Positions 50,792 to 63,874 of a DNA stretch of 64,000 nucleotides are shown one piece after another. The stretch's first letter is position 1. The number at the start of each line of letters is the position of its first letter. The notes beneath the pieces were generated by a model. That model was not told where the DNA came from, did not search any database, and worked only from the letters and a program-made list of their open reading frames with translations. The DNA is from Styela clava. Lineage: Eukaryota. Both the position numbers and the translations under genes were made by a program. The DNA lies in NCBI RefSeq assembly GCF_964204865.1, contig NC_135257.1:18352001-18416000 (forward strand). The letters are read 5' to 3'.

Positions 50792-51251
50792 TAGGGTTGC
50801 CAACCGTCCTTTATTTCAAAGGACAATCCTTTAATTAAGCTTTTCGGTCCTTGTCATTTTTAGCTAATTGTCCTTTATTCTTTCCAACGTCGTTTGGCCC
50901 GATAGTTATAGCGAAAATATATACTACTACGGGTATAGTACTGTGTTTAATATTGTTCCGTTTTTCAAAAATTGCCTCCATTCATGTATTTGCAAGCTTT
51001 CAAATATTTTTTTTAATTTCGCTTTGGTCCGGCTCAAATAGCCAAAGAAATAACAATTTTATTAACATTGTTTGGGTCAATGTTAAATAAACATTAAATG
51101 AAAAACGCGTGAAGATTGTTTTATTATACCTTTTTAGCTTTTATATAATTTTTATTTCATTGTTTTATATTGTTCTTTCCTGCAAGTTACAAAATAAATG
51201 ATGACGGTAATCTATGTCCTTTATTGAAACTTTTTTTAGTTGGCAACTCTA
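50792..51251. mobile_element. hAT MITE nested in the P element
   Basis: TIR TAGGGTTGCCAAC / GTTGGCAACTCTA, GTCCTTTATT repeats, TSD ..CGTAGG on both sides. Confidence 0.75.
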
Positions 51252-51959
51252 GACGTAGGACTGAACTTGCCTAGCACTTCTGATAATTTCCCTACGTGTG
51301 TCACATGACATCCCGTGATTATGTGCAGGAAAATTACTGAACCTTACGGTTTAGGATGGTTTTTACAACCACTGGTTTACGACTTCCTTAACCATCAAGT
51401 CCATGCGCCTGGAAATTATGACCGATCAACAAATCCGAAAGAGGATTGGGGAACTAACCAAATAAATTTTCAAATTCATTGAATTTATTTTTGTGGGTGG
51501 AAGTTTGTTATAAAAGATGGATTAAATCAAATAATAAAAACAAAAAAAGAGGATTTTAGGTTGATAAGTTTTGCAAGTGTATAAATATTATACACATAAC
51601 AGTATGAAAAAAAATTTTTTTTTTTTTTTAATTTGATTGGGTGGAAATAAAAATAAATTTGATAGTAAGTGCTCAGAACAAGCATTGGAACGAGAATTTA
51701 GCAGCACGCCAAGCAAAGCAAAACAATATGAAATTGATCTTACAGCGGTACTAATTATATATGAATTAATATTACAGATAAACTATTTAATAAATTTTGA
51801 CAGGATTCTATCAATAAACTACAATTATTAAACATTGGTATCCTTTCGTTCAATGTGTGACGCGTAAAGTTTGATATAAAAATTGTCAAATTAGTTTATC
51901 TATTTTATAATTGCACAGTGGAAGTTATATTTATCCCACATTTTACAGTACCACATGAA

Positions 51960-52310
51960 TATATATATATATGTGAATAAATTAAGGAGTTCCTGCATGT
52001 GTGCTCAGAACAAGTACGTAGATGGCAATTCAAATATCATAGTGAATTAAAAATATATGTGAATAAATTATGGAGTTACAGCATGTGTGCTCACAACAAG
52101 TACAAACATGGCAATTCCTTTATCACCGTGTATTGAATGATTGATTACACAGTATTACAAGAAAATATATGTGAATAGAATATGGAGTTCTACCATGTGT
52201 GCCCTGAACAAGTACAAAGATGGCAATTCATTTATCATGGTCAATTAAATGATTCATTATACATTACTACATGAAAATATATGCGAATAAATAGTGGGGT
52301 TCCTGCATGA
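51960..52310 (+). repeat. Tandem repeat, ~3.5 units of ~85-112 bp, downstream of the P transposase remnant
   Basis: ATATATGTGAATA...GGAGTT...CATGTGTGC...AACAAGTAC...ATGGCAATTC repeated. Confidence 0.8.
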
Positions 52311-54464
52311 ATGTAATAATCTGGAGTGTATAATATATTATCTATTTAACTTGAGCTCTTGCTGCAGTTCTACTAGCATACTGTTTCTCAATAATTTTAT
52401 TTGTCACTTCTTTTGCGTGAATATTTAACCTTAGAGTGAGGAAACGTTTCAAAATTTTAAAAGCGACATTGTGGCAAGATGGAAATTATATTTCAAGCAG
52501 TCAACTTTATCTATCAGAAAAGTAACTGGCGAACATAGAATGCAAGCGCATCTTTGCAGATTCCACAGTCTTGTTTTTTCACTTCTTTGAGCAAAGCCCA
52601 ACGTGTTAAATAATACAAAGCATTCGCTTCACATGTGTCGAAAAAGCCAATGCAGCTCCAAGCAACACCACTCCATTGCACTGGATTCGTAGCTTGTTGC
52701 TTTTTTAGAGTCGAATTGCTGTTTTCTAAATTTGTTTTGATGAATTCGAGCGAATGGGGTATATCATCGTTCTCGTAGTTTGTTGAGGTCGGAGTGCTCA
52801 TAAATTGTGAGACGGAAATAGGTTTGACAGCCACACGAAATTGCGTAGGTTTGCAATGAATTATTAATTGAAATACGATTTAAATTTCATCATTACTTGC
52901 GAAAATAAATTTTCCGAGGCATCTTGCGTTAGGCCTTCCAGCCATGAGAAGAATAACTTCACCATTTAACCGCATAATACCTGCTTTAAAACGTATGCCT
53001 TAGGTTTATGACGTTTCGCACTTGCGAGGAAAAGCGATAAGTGTTTTTCATTACGAACGCAGAGCTACTACGTTGCAACACGTAATTGCAAAACGTCCCT
53101 GCGTAACAAAGTAATTAAGGAACGTCGCTGTTTAACTCAAGTTGGCGCAGCGGACATATGGAGAATTGGAGAACATTAATTAAAATAGCTTATACAATTT
53201 TACTGGTACACGATAAATTCAATCTAATTATACCACTCGCTATCTTTATTATATTATATTATTATACCAAAGCTATCTTTAACCTTTACAAATGTGTCGA
53301 TATTATAATAGGTTAAAACAAGAAAAAATCGAAGTTTTTTTTATTTAATTGAAAATCAATTCAAAAAAATTTCACGCTTTCACAAAATTCCACAATTTTG
53401 CCGATTTTTGTACGATAATTGCGACATTTTATCTTCATCGCATAGTTATTCTCTTAGATTGTCTCTCAAACAATATAAAACTTGTCTAAATATAATGTAA
53501 GGTTCCTGAGATAGAAGGTTTCAAAGTTGCATAGCTCACACGGGATAATAAGATAACTATCGCAACTTTCGCGAAACCGCACAATACCAGTATTGTTCCA
53601 CTAGGAAAATAGCAAAAGAAAAATGCTAAACTTATAGGAATAAAATATAAAACAGTAACAAATCTCCAAACAAATTAACAAACAAAACCTGATCAGCAGA
53701 CTGACTTTGTGTATATGTTTTCTGGTGGACAAAACAAATAAACTCTCATTCTCTCCATCTAAAACAGACTGATGCTGGGCGGTTCACGAGATTCGTAGGA
53801 CCCAAAAGGGCGTCCGATATGCATCATTGCACACGGTGTCTCCACTTGGTTTATAGTCACTTTGGTTCCTAATAGTCGGCACAGATGCCATAATTTAGAA
53901 AGCTCTATGACGCGATTGTGCCGTCGCAGTGACGTAATTTTTGGGTGACGTACTCAGGTGAGGGTTAGGAATATTATATGCAAAAATCATTACGCCCGAT
54001 AGAAATACTTTGGGGCGCGTACTTCAGGAGACCAAAAAAAAAACATTCACTGTGTAGTAAAGAAAACACAGTGATTACAAACGATTTGGCTTGCATAACA
54101 TTTCCAAATTAATTACCAATACTTTCTGACAACCACCAGGTTTAAAATACAATTTACAAAATGAAGAAGTGCAAATAAGTGTATGTACATTATCAGCGTA
54201 AATCGAAAGAAGTTAATTTTCAACAGGTAATAAAACTAAAGTCGCAAATGACGTTTGGAATTTGGTAGATATTTCCCCGAGCATCGAGTTCCTTGTTTAA
54301 ATCTGTAACAATTACACTTTTTAGTTGTGTTTCCAAAAAAATAGTTGTGAATCAAATATCTTACTTGACATTGTGTCTTCTGAGGATCATTAGTTTAGTC
54401 ACAATAATCAAAAATTCATACCACAAATGCTGCAATTGACTAGCTTATAATTAGCTATCAGAAG

Positions 54465-55437
54465 GCGAAGGTGAGGCACGTTGGGACATGGGGCACAGTG
54501 AAAAATCAGCTCTCACACTAATACTATATTCGTAATCCGGTTCGCGGTTTAATGTTTCAATCCGCCCTTCGGTGAGTTACAACGTCCCCGCAAACGGACA
54601 GCGGACGGGTAAAGCGACGCAAGCTATGAGGTGAAATTGGTTTTGGGGGGTTGAAACTAAAATTTCACCGTTCCAGTTTTTTCTTTTTTCTAACTTAGCC
54701 TTTTCAACGTGACAAACCACCGTCTGATATATTTCAGCTATAGTCCACTGTGAAATATTTATAACGTTGTCGAGTGGATGTGCCTTCCGAATTCCGCCGT
54801 GGGATGATCTGAAGATATTTGTTGATCATGGGGAACAATGGACGGGGTTCAGTGGGACATGCCCTACATGGCACAATTCGACAGTGTTTGATACAACAAG
54901 TGTTAGAGACCTAGAGATGCGTTATAATTTTATGTAACATTATGGTATCTTTCGACTCATGGTTCAATATGAAATATATTCGAGAATCAAAAATATTTCC
55001 AGATTAGATTCGGATTAGAAAATAATGTAATTTGTAAGCGAATTTTTTGGTGAAATATCTGAAATATTTCGGTTGAACATTGATTTTAAAAATCTTAAAT
55101 CTTCAAATTTGAGGTCTCCCTGTTCTTTAGACGATTGTGCTGATTGATTGCTTATTTTTAAGGGCATACTTCGTTGAATTTTAACAGAATGACCCATTGT
55201 GCCCCAGGGTCTGTCCGAATGTGCCCCATAAGTGGGGTACAGTAAAACACTTGATAAACGTTTTTCAAAGCATTTTGGTGGTAAGATGTGTGTCGCAAGG
55301 GAATTTCTTAGTCGCCGAATAAAAACTACATTTACCCCTCTCTGCATTAATCCCGCAGAGTCATATGAATGTGCAGAATAAACGACTCAAAATATGAAAA
55401 AGAAAAAAAGTGTCCCAACCTTCCCCACTATCCCCTA
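54465..55437. mobile_element. Degenerate DNA-transposon derivative (pogo/Tc1-like ends)
   Basis: GTTGGGACA..GGGGCAC on the left versus TGTCCCAACCTTCCCCACTATCCCCTA on the right; internal GGGACA/TGCCCC motifs. Confidence 0.45.
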
Positions 55438-55775
55438 CCTATAAGTGGCACGTAGTTTATTGTTTTGAATTAAATCGATAATGTGGAACATGGGAGCCAG
55501 TTTGTAAGCGCCAACTCGTCAAAACACTCAAAATCATCGTTTTTAAGGGGTCAAACTTGGAGAAAAGTCCATTGCATTTTGCTGATTGTCTCGTGATTGT
55601 TTCGTCAGTGTGACGTGTTATTCCAGTGGCAGACAGCTTTATTCCAGTGTTTATCTTCCCTAAATCAGAAATTCCCCTCGACATATGTTAGAAGTTACTT
55701 CGTTCAGTAAATATTCCAATTCACGTTTAAACTTAATCACGAAGAATGAATCATCGTCACAGGACCTTTAAAATC

Positions 55776-57366
55776 TAGAACAGTACCTGTAATACCGTCT
55801 CCGGTACCCTTATGCCGCGAGCCGAAGCCCTGGAAAACGCCTAGAAAGTGAGTTTCGTAGCGCACATCAGGTAACTAACTGAAAATGATTTTAAAATGTT
55901 CCTTAAAAATTAGGTAACAAATATTGCCTTGTTCCCACTTCCAAAAGTTGCACTTTTTACGGAAAAGACGTTTTTACTACAAGAAATATGTGCTACGATC
56001 TGTCCTATATTCTCTACATTTCCACCAATGAACAATGACTTCTTACTGACGTAACAATTGAATCGAATCAGCTGTTTGCGAGCGGATGAATCTTAGTTAT
56101 TACTGCTCGATCTTGCGTTGAGTTGGGCAGCCTTTACATAACCCTGTTTAGTTATTATTAGTTAAGTTATGCTTAGACTTTGTTAAAAAGTATAAGTAAG
56201 TTACTAAACACTTGTACATCCTTACCACGGATATGGGCGTGAGACGAGGCCTTGAAAAACGCCTAGAAAATGAGTTTCGTAGCGCACATCTGGTAACTAA
56301 TTAAATTCTTTAGTTTTGAATGAGAATGAACATACTGAACGCATTACAGCTTGTTCTACAATCCTGATGCGAAATTGAATATAGGGTTCCCGGGAATTCA
56401 ATAATCATAGGTTTACAACGACGCATCATAAGAACTATGCAATTCAAGATACCTACAGCACACTAACACAACGTCTGTAACGTCTTGCCTGACCAAAATC
56501 AGACTTTCTCAGACAATCATAATTTATTAGGTAGATTACAAAAAATATGGCATACATGTAACCAACAACAAAAAATATTTTAATTGTGTGACAGGATTCG
56601 CGAAGGACCTCGAAAGGTCTTCAAGCATGGACACCAACAACGCTGATTCAGATTAGCGAATAAATTTTATGTAATACCCATAAGCAGTTTACAACAAGAA
56701 CAGCATAAGAAGTTGCATTGATTTTTTAGTAGCTATCAAACGTTTTTATTTTTAGGCAATGAAGTCACAAATTAACAACGTGAGCACGAAAACACAAATA
56801 AATCAGTTATTTCTCACTTAGAATTTCACAGGAAAAGTCAAGAAAATAAATGAATATACATTCTTCATATCCTTTCCATACAGTGAACAAACAATTTCCT
56901 CAGCTTTATTTATTAATGCCTCGTTAACCTCAAAAAATCTTCGTATTTGAGAAAAAAATGAATTGAAAAACTCAATGAAGTCTGCAACATCAGTTTGATG
57001 GGCAGTTCCAATTGCAGAAAAGCGAGAGAGTATTTCATTATGAATAGCCCATCTAAGCTGTTTGCAACTGTTGTGATTCTCATATACCTTTACGCTTCAA
57101 GACTTCTTGTTCGATCCATTTTATAGCACTGATAGCAGCAGGAATTAGAGCCTGTGTTAGATTGAATTGGTGGAACATTGCCGTTTCATTTTGAAGTACA
57201 GTATCTAAAATGAAGAAGAAAATCATATTTGGAATAGCATGAGTGTAAAAATACCACTAAATACTGACTAATACATAATGCATTTTATCTGATGTACTCA
57301 ATAAGCGTGTACATGCTCATTGCATGTACTACAGTCCTGCAGTGTTTGCATACCGGTACTAGACTA
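55776..57366 (-). mobile_element. Probable Academ (AcademX-type) remnant, unit-B-specific
   Basis: TAG...CTA termini with imperfect TIR (TAGAACAGTACCTGTA vs TAGTCTAGTACCGGTA), flanks AATC/TATC, peptide remnant EVNEALINKAEEIVCSLYGK at ~56860-56932. Confidence 0.5.
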
Positions 57367-59603
57367 TATCTACACTGAATTTCGATATATCACAATCTGA
57401 AAGCCCTATGGACTATATTTTAAAACATCAACTGTCTGTCTACAACTTGATTTCTCAAGCTTTTTCCATTGAATGCGTAGATTTGCCCAAAGTCACAAAA
57501 AAACAAGCCCAAATCTAGAAGAAAAAAACTTGACAATGAAATATTGACACACAAACATGCTAGATAGCGAAGATGGCAAAGTTTTTTCATTGAATGAGCC
57601 ACACATATATTCCCATCACGATAAAAAATATGTAGCCCATTTTCACAAAATGAAAACATTAAAATGAAAAAAGGGATTTTCTCAGTGTATGTGCCAATGC
57701 CCCAACACTATAAACAATTTGTAGGTCATATACATCACCAATACCTGCATTGATAAAATAGGCCCAAAAACTTTAGTCATATCTTTTTAAAAGCGTATAC
57801 TAGAGTGCTCTTCCGCGAGATGACGCTCATGAGCGAGTGACCAATATAAATTTACATATGCGATCTTGTGTCCAACAATTTTTAAAAAGCAACCTTGAAC
57901 TTGAGTGGTATTGCATATGGTAGAGGGTTAAGTACTAATTATAGGCAATTCATTTTAATTTGATCGTTTTATTGTTTTCCAAACAAAACAATACCACAAC
58001 CAGTTACCAGGAAATTCACAATTGTATTTACGGAATTTGCAAATTCAATTGGCGTAGTACACTTGAGGTCTTATTTACACGCCACAGCGACACTGACAAA
58101 TGCCTGTACATTTTATTTTCATTTACTATTTTACCACCCACACCACCACGCATGGTAGAGGAAATTTTTCACATAACGGTCCCCGGTCAACGTTCACCTT
58201 TGGCAATCTATCGGTTTACAATACTTTGATTGCTTGTTTGCATTTTATTTTATGTAAAGAAAACCATCCTATAGCTGGCAAGAAGTTTCATCATTTTATA
58301 TAAATATATTTACTTCAATTTGTCATATTCTGGTATTAATACACCCCGTCTATAATAAAATAGATAAAACAGCAAAATCAAAAGACTGCCAGTTGAGATT
58401 GTTTACTTCACGTTCAGACAGAGATTAGGCTGAATAGATTGACGTTTCATGACAAGCTGTGATAGATTCACGGGTTCGTGCACCGCAGCTGACAATAATG
58501 TTAAATTTAGCGTTTTAAAAGTTATGTATTTTATTTATTTGAAGCGTGTCATGTTAATGCGGCTTATATACGTTTACTTAACTGATGGACAACTCAACTC
58601 GACACAAAAGAGAACCTGTTCTTAAAATTTGAATTCAAAACTTTCGAATAATCTCTAACGTAAAATATGTTTTTCAAAAAAGAACAAAAAAATCTATTAG
58701 ATTGGATGTTTCTCAAAGCATCGATTTCCTCGTTTATGTCCGTAATCATAAGTAAAGAATTAAGCGATGACCTAACAATTCTAATTTTTGCAGCGGCTCA
58801 GATATTTCGTTCGCTCAGACAGATAACATGGTTGTAAAAATTGCCTCGTTATTGCGGTTTTGCGTGGTATTTTTTAGTTTTCAGATGTATTTTCAAAAAT
58901 TAGTTCAAATTAAATATTTTAATTAATTGCCATTATGTCTTCCGATGAACTTTAGTTTAGTCGCGAAAACCAGTCTCGCAAACGCTGCGCGAGACTAGGC
59001 TGGATTTAGCTATTTGTACCTGTAAGCTGGCGTAATAAAAAAAAATGGAATTGAACATGCAAACCAGTTTGTAAACCCGCTCTCCAAAACACTCACAAAA
59101 TAAGTATAAAAAAGAATTGCAACAGTAAAGTATAAGAAGATTTTTCTCGGGTCAAAGGTCGGGTCGGGTCGGTCAAAGAAATGAATGAAAAATTTCCTCG
59201 ATATCCAACTATCCGCTCATGCATGGTTATATAAACCCGTGTAAATTGTATCTAAGTGAATATTTGAATTACCTGTAATGGTTAAGCAGCTTAAAAGGTT
59301 TCGAAAGAAATTACCAGAAATAATTAAAAAGAACTGGTTAAAACGAAGGAAGTATTTGACATATTTAAAATAAAATTCAGGAGAAACCTGTTATGACCTT
59401 AGTAAAGGTAGTACGTACCTTAGTAGTACGTAATATAAATAAATAATGAATTCCGATTGTACGGAGACATCACGCGGACATGAATTTAGATATAATCTCA
59501 TTGGTACAAAGTGCCGCCGGGTAAGTTTGCGGGAGAAAAAATAGTAAAACAAGGCGTTGGTCAAAAATATCATTATTTTCTTGCTGTAATTCCGCACCAC
59601 ACC

Positions 59604-62600
59604 ATGTTACGCAGTAACGTACTTTTTGTGTTGTTTCTGGGATTTATCTGCTCCACAGCAGAAGGTAAGTGTTGCATCTTATAATTTAACTAAAGCGCAT
59701 TTATAATTTGTAAGTTTTTCTGACAATTTATAAGTATATTCGAAAAAATGGCATAAGATTTTTATTAGATAAACATATTTAAATATAAACTGGCGAGCAA
59801 TGTAAGTGTAACGTATTAAGTTACATTTTATTAACAATATCTAGACTAGAGTGTTACAAAAGCAAAAAATAGAAAACAATAAAAATCGTGCTAAATTTAA
59901 ATTTAATCGCAATCTCAACTAATTCCTTGTGATATTTTTTGGTGAAATCATCAAAATATGGTTTAAGTTGGGCTCGGCAGCATCAGAAGGGCCAGATTGA
60001 ATTTCCCAACGTGGGCCCATGTCAAAACCAGAGTCATTTATTGGACACGAAATGCACATATTGATTGTTTTGTTATTATGTTGTTGTTGGTATTTTCTTC
60101 TTTCTGTTGTGAAAAACTCGTTTTGTGCATTAAATACAAGAACCAATTGCTTCTACTAAAATACTTCTGTCATAATTACCACTAATCACACGATTCCTGG
60201 ATAAAAATAGAAATAATTCAATTTTATCTTTCCATGTATTTGTACTATTTCGGTTTTTTTTATTTTCTCGTAAATTTCAAATCAATTACTGTAATCCAGA
60301 TAGCCGATAACTTTTTGTTCTGAATTGAAATGTCGAATATTCCTATTAATATGTAGGCCGACGCGATGTTTCAGGAAAGCCAGCTTTGCAACACGAATTA
60401 CGCAATGGTTTTTAACCCGGAACTTGCACATATAACATAATCAATTCACGAAGACCAACTAGGGCGTTATCAGAGAAATTGATTGTAGCATTGAAATGAA
60501 TGTATTTTTATTTGCAGAAAACCAGCACATCTGTCGCGAAAAAGGCGGATTCATTTATGATCGGAGATGTTTTTGGGTCATAATTGATCTCACTTCAGGA
60601 TTCACAAATGCACAGGGAGAAGCGAAGTGCAATGAATTTGATACTTCACTGGCCAACATATACGATATACAGCACTTTAACCAACTTTTAAGTTATGGAC
60701 GTGAAAATAGACCCGGGGATACCCTAATAGTGCATCTAGGAATGAAATACGATCCAAGTGTAAGAAATATTAATCTTTTCTCCTTCATTTGAAAATAGCG
60801 ATCTGGAACTCTATAAATGACATTTTGTTTTTCTATATAGATGAGTATTGGCATATTTATATGATTATGCAAACGAAAAGTGATATAGAAAAAATTTATT
60901 CGTTTTGAAGGGAACAAAATGGATTCAACATTTATAATGTTATATAACAGAATATTTTAATCATAATGATTCCGCATGCAGATTTACGTAAGGTGAAAAT
61001 AATGGTACAGGCAATGCTTTGGTAAAAATACATGAAAACAGAAGTTTATTGTCATAGAATAAAAAATGTCATTTTCATAATAGAATAAAGTGTTGCAAAA
61101 TAACGATGGGTCGATCTCATACTTGCCGGATTCGGTGTGGTCGAACGCGCCAGAAGAACATGAAATATACACCGACGTAGCGATGCGTATTGCGAATCCT
61201 CCATTGGACCCTGATGAAGGCCTTGGGATAGTTAGCTCCATATGGAAATATGAGGGTGTTATATGCGAAACTAAACGTAAGTTGTTGACATTTATGTTAC
61301 ATGAATCAAACAAATGAAAACAAAATTGATTAATTGCAATTGTAAAAAAATCGTTATTGCAGTTTAAGTTTGCTCTTGTGATATTCGTGCCCTTTTTATT
61401 TGCTTATGGTTTTTACATTCATGCAATCGTCAGCCTTACAATTAAAAGCGCGCTCACGTTATTATGCTTTGGCTCAACTTTCAAATATATGTAATGAATA
61501 AATGAACGAAGATTCTATTAATTTAGGTCAATATTTCGTTAAAAAGCAAGCTTGAAGCTTCATGCATATTGAACTAAACTTTACAAAATCTACCAATAGA
61601 TTGTGGTTCTGAATGGATAATTTTGCGAAAAAAATTACAATTTCTTCAATTTTTGGACAAATCATTTATGAATATTAAGTACTCAAAAATGCAACTGTCG
61701 CTTGGAGAACTGTTATCTCTAATATTTTGGAAATTTTGTCTGGCTCACGTAAAAAGTTCCATGGGGAATATATAATGTTCGAGTCTGAATATTCGATCTT
61801 TGCATTCAACTGTATTAGTGCGTGTGCCTTTCTGTTCATGTTGTGTGTGAACAAAGTACCAAGGTTTCACCGGCATATTCTATTGAATTGTGCAATACAA
61901 TACTATAGTAATCAAGTAATATATAACGATTTCTTTCTGTTACTATACCTTGGACACAATTATTCAATCTGTCCAATCGCATTTAATACTGATTCTCTTC
62001 CGTTTACAGAACTCAGTTGCACTCCTCTTCAAATAAACATGGAAACCCAAACGCGTACCTGTCCCGAAGACTCGCTTAGTTGCACGTAAGTATGAGAATG
62101 ATCCAATTTGTTAAAAAGTCGTGTCAGTGACAAATGTTATGAGGGACATGGACATTGCTTAAGGAGTAATTATAAGTAACGAGATAAAGATCTAAAGATC
62201 GATAAGTAACAAACAAACAAACGAGAATATCGGTCGGAGACCGAAGACTTATCGATCGAAAGTCAGGGGATCCCCCAAAACAGATCTCGCGGCGTGTATC
62301 CTTCGCTCTGTCTCAATAGCGTGGAAAATTTCTCGAAGGACACTTGCGCATCGCGACGACGTCAAAGTTACAAGAGGGATATGGACAATGCTTAAAGATT
62401 ATTCACGAGATACAATCTAGCGGTGTGTATTCTTCGCTCTGACTCACTAGCGTGAAAACTTGCGCATCGCACACACACGCACACCCAACGCGAATCAAAA
62501 ATCTCTCGCTTTGCAAAAATCGTTCTCTCGATTTGCAAGAATCCAGATCTTTTCATCACTAATTAATTAACGAGAATATCGGTCAGAGACCCAAGACTTA

Positions 62601-63874
62601 TCGATTCAAAGTTAGGGGATTTCCAAAACAGCGCTCTTACTCCATAGTGACACCTTGTGCCCATCACTAATTAAATAATACCTCGCTAATTATACAACAT
62701 AATTCATCCGAAATCAATAGGCTTCTGGTCCGAGATATGATGAATGCACATGCAAAATCTGGAGCAGATTCAATCTCGCTTTCGTGAGATATCGCGTGCC
62801 TCTAACAGACAGACAGACAAACAGACAAATACCTATCAACATAATTACCGATTAAAATCGATAAGTAATAACTCGATAATTATACAACATAATTCATCCA
62901 AAATCAATAGGCTTCTGGTCCGAGATATGATGAATGCACATGCAAATTCTGGAGCAGATTCAATCTCGCTTTCGTGAGATATCGCGTGCCTCTAACAGAC
63001 AGATGTTATGAATTATTTATTCACGAATCTGAGTAATACAAAGTCTGGAATCTAGTTTAAAAATTGAGGCCATGTATAGGTACCTTAATTATATTGGTCT
63101 GTACAGAATGCGTAATTAATCAATTGAATTCGCAAATATTCATAAATATCCATCAAAGTCCATTCAAAATATACTAGGTAAGAAGACTCATGATTCGGTT
63201 TATACGCTGCATGTATAAGTTTGCAAAATATTGGATTAAAACTTTACTTATATATATTTCCTTTCTTCCAGTATATCTTGCAAACCTGGTTTTGTCTTTG
63301 ACGACGGAAGCAGCGTCATTACACTGACGTGTCAAGATAATCTTGACTGGGATGGAGAAGTGCCAACTTGTAAACGTATGTAATTTACACATCCTTTACA
63401 CAACTTGATGTAAAGTCGGCGAACAACCATAATATACTACATATTGGTACACACACTTTTTTTTAACTATAAAGTGACTTATCTGTGGTGTGATATCTCA
63501 CTTCTCTATTACTTTACTCAGAAAAGTATTTTGCAACAGTCCAACTGACACAATTTTTTTCCATAAATTTTCACTTATGATAAAGAAGATATTACTATGT
63601 TCTTTTTCTCAGTTGCTGTGTGCCCAGAGCTCAGTTTCGATGGACAGCCAGGACTTATGCATTGTACTGGGAATGAATATCAGGATGAATGCAAGTGAGT
63701 GGAGTTTCCCGCCAACTATCTTTAAAATTCTAATTAACCAGCTGATATAGAATAATTTTTAACAATAATTTTTTTTCAGCTTCGTCTGTGAGTCTCACAA
63801 ACAACTCAAAGGACCAAGAAAAATAATCTGCAATGACGACAGGACATGGTCAGGAATACAACCAACCTGTGAAG
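59604..63874 (+). CDS. Lectin-CCP mosaic gene, copy B (runs off the window end); exons 59604-59664, 60518-60759, 61084-61276, 62010-62085, 63272-63375, 63613-63694, 63780-63874
   Basis: Near-identical to copy A exons 1-7 at an offset of ~18.9 kb. Splice sites are intact and there are no stops. Confidence 0.87.

Larger units (their letters stand above)
50662..53864 (-). mobile_element. Decayed P-element-superfamily transposon (3.2 kb) with transposase C-terminal remnant at ~52342-52965
   Basis: TIR CAAAGTGACTATAA..CAAGTG.GGAC; TSD GTTTCTAA/GTTCCTAA; frameshifted peptides LTQDASENLFSQV, PTQFRVAVK.ISVSQF...NYENDD, EANALYYL...CGICK, FPSCHNVAFKILKRFLTLRL. Confidence 0.8.

Noticed and set aside
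51960-52310. CRISPR-like repeat array
   Set aside because: Eukaryotic context, degenerate long units without unique spacers, and no cas genes.
28713-62977. Recurring MHMQNL.QIQ ORFs (28713, 43811, 62744)
   Set aside because: Chance frames within the HINE-like repeat, not a gene family.
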